Of a DNA stretch of 47,055 nucleotides, positions 44,780 to 47,055 are shown one piece after another (the stretch's first letter is position 1; every line of letters starts with the position of its first letter). Made by a program: the position numbers and the translations under genes. The stretch is from the NCBI RefSeq assembly GCF_004010195.1, contig NW_025214608.1:1-47055 (forward strand), written 5' to 3'. Under the pieces are notes generated by a model. It searched no databases, was not told the origin of the DNA, and worked only from the letters and a program-made list of their open reading frames with translations. This DNA is from Chiloscyllium plagiosum (lineage: Eukaryota).

Positions 44780-47055
44780 GGGAATTTGGAATCGTGGGAA
44801 TGGAGTTTAGGCAGTTGAATATTACTCCTGCAGTATGTGGGTGGTAAGTGTCATCTCTCGTGTCTCTGCTGACTTCATTTGTGGGTACTGCACCCACCTC
44901 CAGATCCTCAATAACAGTGTTAGGGACCAGGAGCTGGAGCACGATGAACTTCGGATCATTCGAGAGGCGGAGGGGTATGAAAAGGAGTTACAGAGAGGAA
45001 GTTACTCCACAGTCACGTGAATAAGGTAGCTGGGTTACCATCTGGAGTAGGAAATGGAACCCGTGGGCAGTGCAGGGATCTCTGTGGTCATTGTGCTCAA
45101 AAAAGTATACCGTATTGGATACTGTTGCGAGTGGGATGGTGACGACTTACCAGGCGTAAGAAATGGTTTCTATCGCAGATCCTGCCCCTGTTGCTCAAAG
45201 GGGAATGGGAAGAGGAGCAGAGCTTTATTCATTGAGAACGTCAAAGTTAGGGGTGTACATAGGAGGTTTTTGTGGGACTAAATAGGGACTCGCAATTACT
45301 GTGTTGCCTCCCAGCTGCCAGAATGAGCGATGCCTTTAATTGTGTTTTCTGGATCATTGACGGTGAGAGGGAGCAGCCACAACTCGTGATGCACAAAGGC
45401 ACGAACGACGTAGCGAAGAAGAGAATGGAGATCTAAGTCAGAATTCAGAGACATAGCGTGGAAACTGAGAGCAAGAACAAACAGAGTTGTGACTTCTGGT
45501 TTGTTGCCCGTGTCATGTGCAAGCGAAGCGCTGAACAGCGAGGGAGAAGAGTTGAACACGTGGTTGCAGGGATGGTGCAGGAGTGAGGGTTATGGGTTCT
45601 TGGATAATTGAAGCTCTTTCAGGGGAACGTGGGGCCTCTACAGCAGTATGGCCTTCAGCTGAACCAGAGGGGTGCCAGTATCCTGGGGGGCGATATGTGA
45701 ATGTTATTCAGGGGGTGGGGTGTTTAAAATAGTTCAGCAGTCGGTTGGGAACCTGAATTGTAGTTCAGTGTGCAGGACATTGAGGGTAGTGAGATCAGGG
45801 ATAGGTTTACATGGTCGCAATAAGGCACCGGCAAACAGGATGTTGGATTGAAGTTTGTGTATTTCAATGCCAGGAACATCCGAAATAAGTTGGGTAGAAT
45901 TGCAGCATTTATTGATACCTGGGTTTTCGATGCTGTTGCCATTTCAGAGACATGTCTGGGAAGGGACAGGATAGGTTGCTGCAGATTACAGGATTTAGAT
46001 ACTTCAGCACGAACAGAGATGGTGCCAAAAGAGGTGGACGGCAAAACTTTGTTAATCGAGGGTAATATTACAGCATCTCAGAGAACGTGCGAGGACTCAA
46101 CCACTTACGCAGTCGGGCTGTGGTATGAAACAGAAAAGGAGAGGTCACACCCTGTTGGATGTTGTCTACAGACCTCCGAATTGGTCCATGGATTCAGATG
46201 AAAGGATAGCAAAGATGGTTCTCAATAGGAGCGAGATTAACAACGTAATTGTTATGGGAAGCTGTAACATCCCCAATAAAGATTGGGAATACAAGAGTTT
46301 AAAGTAGTGTTGATGGATCAATTTTTATACAATGTGTGCAGGAGGGATTTCTGACATAGTATGTAGATAAGACAGCAAGGTGCGATGCCATATTGGATTT
46401 GGTGATGAACGTCACCAGGTGTTACATTTACTGGTCGTGGAACACTTTGGCGATCGTGATCACAATTCAGTTATGTTTCCAATGGCAATGAGCAAGGATA
46501 TGTGAACACCTCAGGGAAAGAGTTGTAACTGTGGGAACGGCAATTATGACTCGATTGGGAAAGATGCAGGAAGCATCGGATGGGGAAGGAAACTGCAAGA
46601 ATGGACACACGTGAAATGTGAAGCTTATTCAACAAGAACCACAATAAGCATATAATTATTAGGCAGCGAGGTGGTTATTGATAGAGGGAGCCATTGTTTA
46701 CCAAAGACGTTGAAACTCTTCTCAAGAGGAAGAAGGCTTGTGGGAGTTTGAGGAGTGAAGTCTAAGTTAGAGGGCTTGTGAGTTATAACTTAGCCAGAAA
46801 CCATCTACAGAGACCTAAGAAGAGCCAAGATGGGACGTCAGAAGTTGTTAGTGGATAGGGTTAAGGAAAACCCAAAGACCTTCTACGGGATATATCAGGA
46901 ATAACAGAATGACTAGAATAAGGTTAGCGCCAAACGCATAGAGAAGTGGAAATTTGTGTGTGGTATCTGAGGATATAGTGGAAGTGCTTAATGAATATTT
47001 TTCATGAGTATTCACATTGGAATAGGACAATACTAGTGAGCATTCGGAGATACAT
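44780..47055 (+). mobile_element. 5' part of a long CR1 LINE (ORF1 zinc-finger/leucine-zipper and esterase; ORF2 AP endonuclease), decayed, runs off the window
   Basis: ORF1: ADFICGYCTHLQIL...ELEHDELRIIREAE, then RALFIENVKVRG...CCLP...VMHKGTND (SGNH/GDSL esterase remnants). ORF2: LKFVYFNARNIRNK, FDAVAISETCL, VVYRPPN, VIVMGSCNIP, DRDHNSV, GLRKTQRPST/KENPKTFY region. Confidence 0.92.

Overview
Eukaryotic, repeat-dense genomic DNA that reads as cartilaginous fish (shark). The basis is CR1-type LINEs, HE1-like tRNA SINEs and a shark-type GPR139-like receptor. No intact protein-coding gene is evident. 1-~6.3 kb is AT-rich and mostly unique, with one candidate minus-strand exon. ~6.3-47 kb is a mosaic of decayed retroelements: CR1 and related LINEs, SINEs, three kinds of Penelope-like elements (PLEs) and LTR remnants. 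It also holds two ~1.05-1.2 kb tandem duplications, two minisatellites, a 492-N gap and a GPR139-like GPCR pseudogene exon. Two things stand out. (i) About ten PLE terminal-repeat copies carry minimal hammerhead-ribozyme cores (CUGANGA...GAAAC-GUC); the best preserved is at 27834-27861, and many sit in short palindromic insertions with long target-site duplications. (ii) A ~1.5 kb non-TE-like minus-strand segment at 22.66-25.44 kb (1.23 kb of it tandemly duplicated) has tightly packed, overlapping, disrupted reading frames and is a candidate endogenous viral element of unassigned family. Family assignments come from motif recognition by eye with no database search. Boundaries of decayed repeats are approximate.
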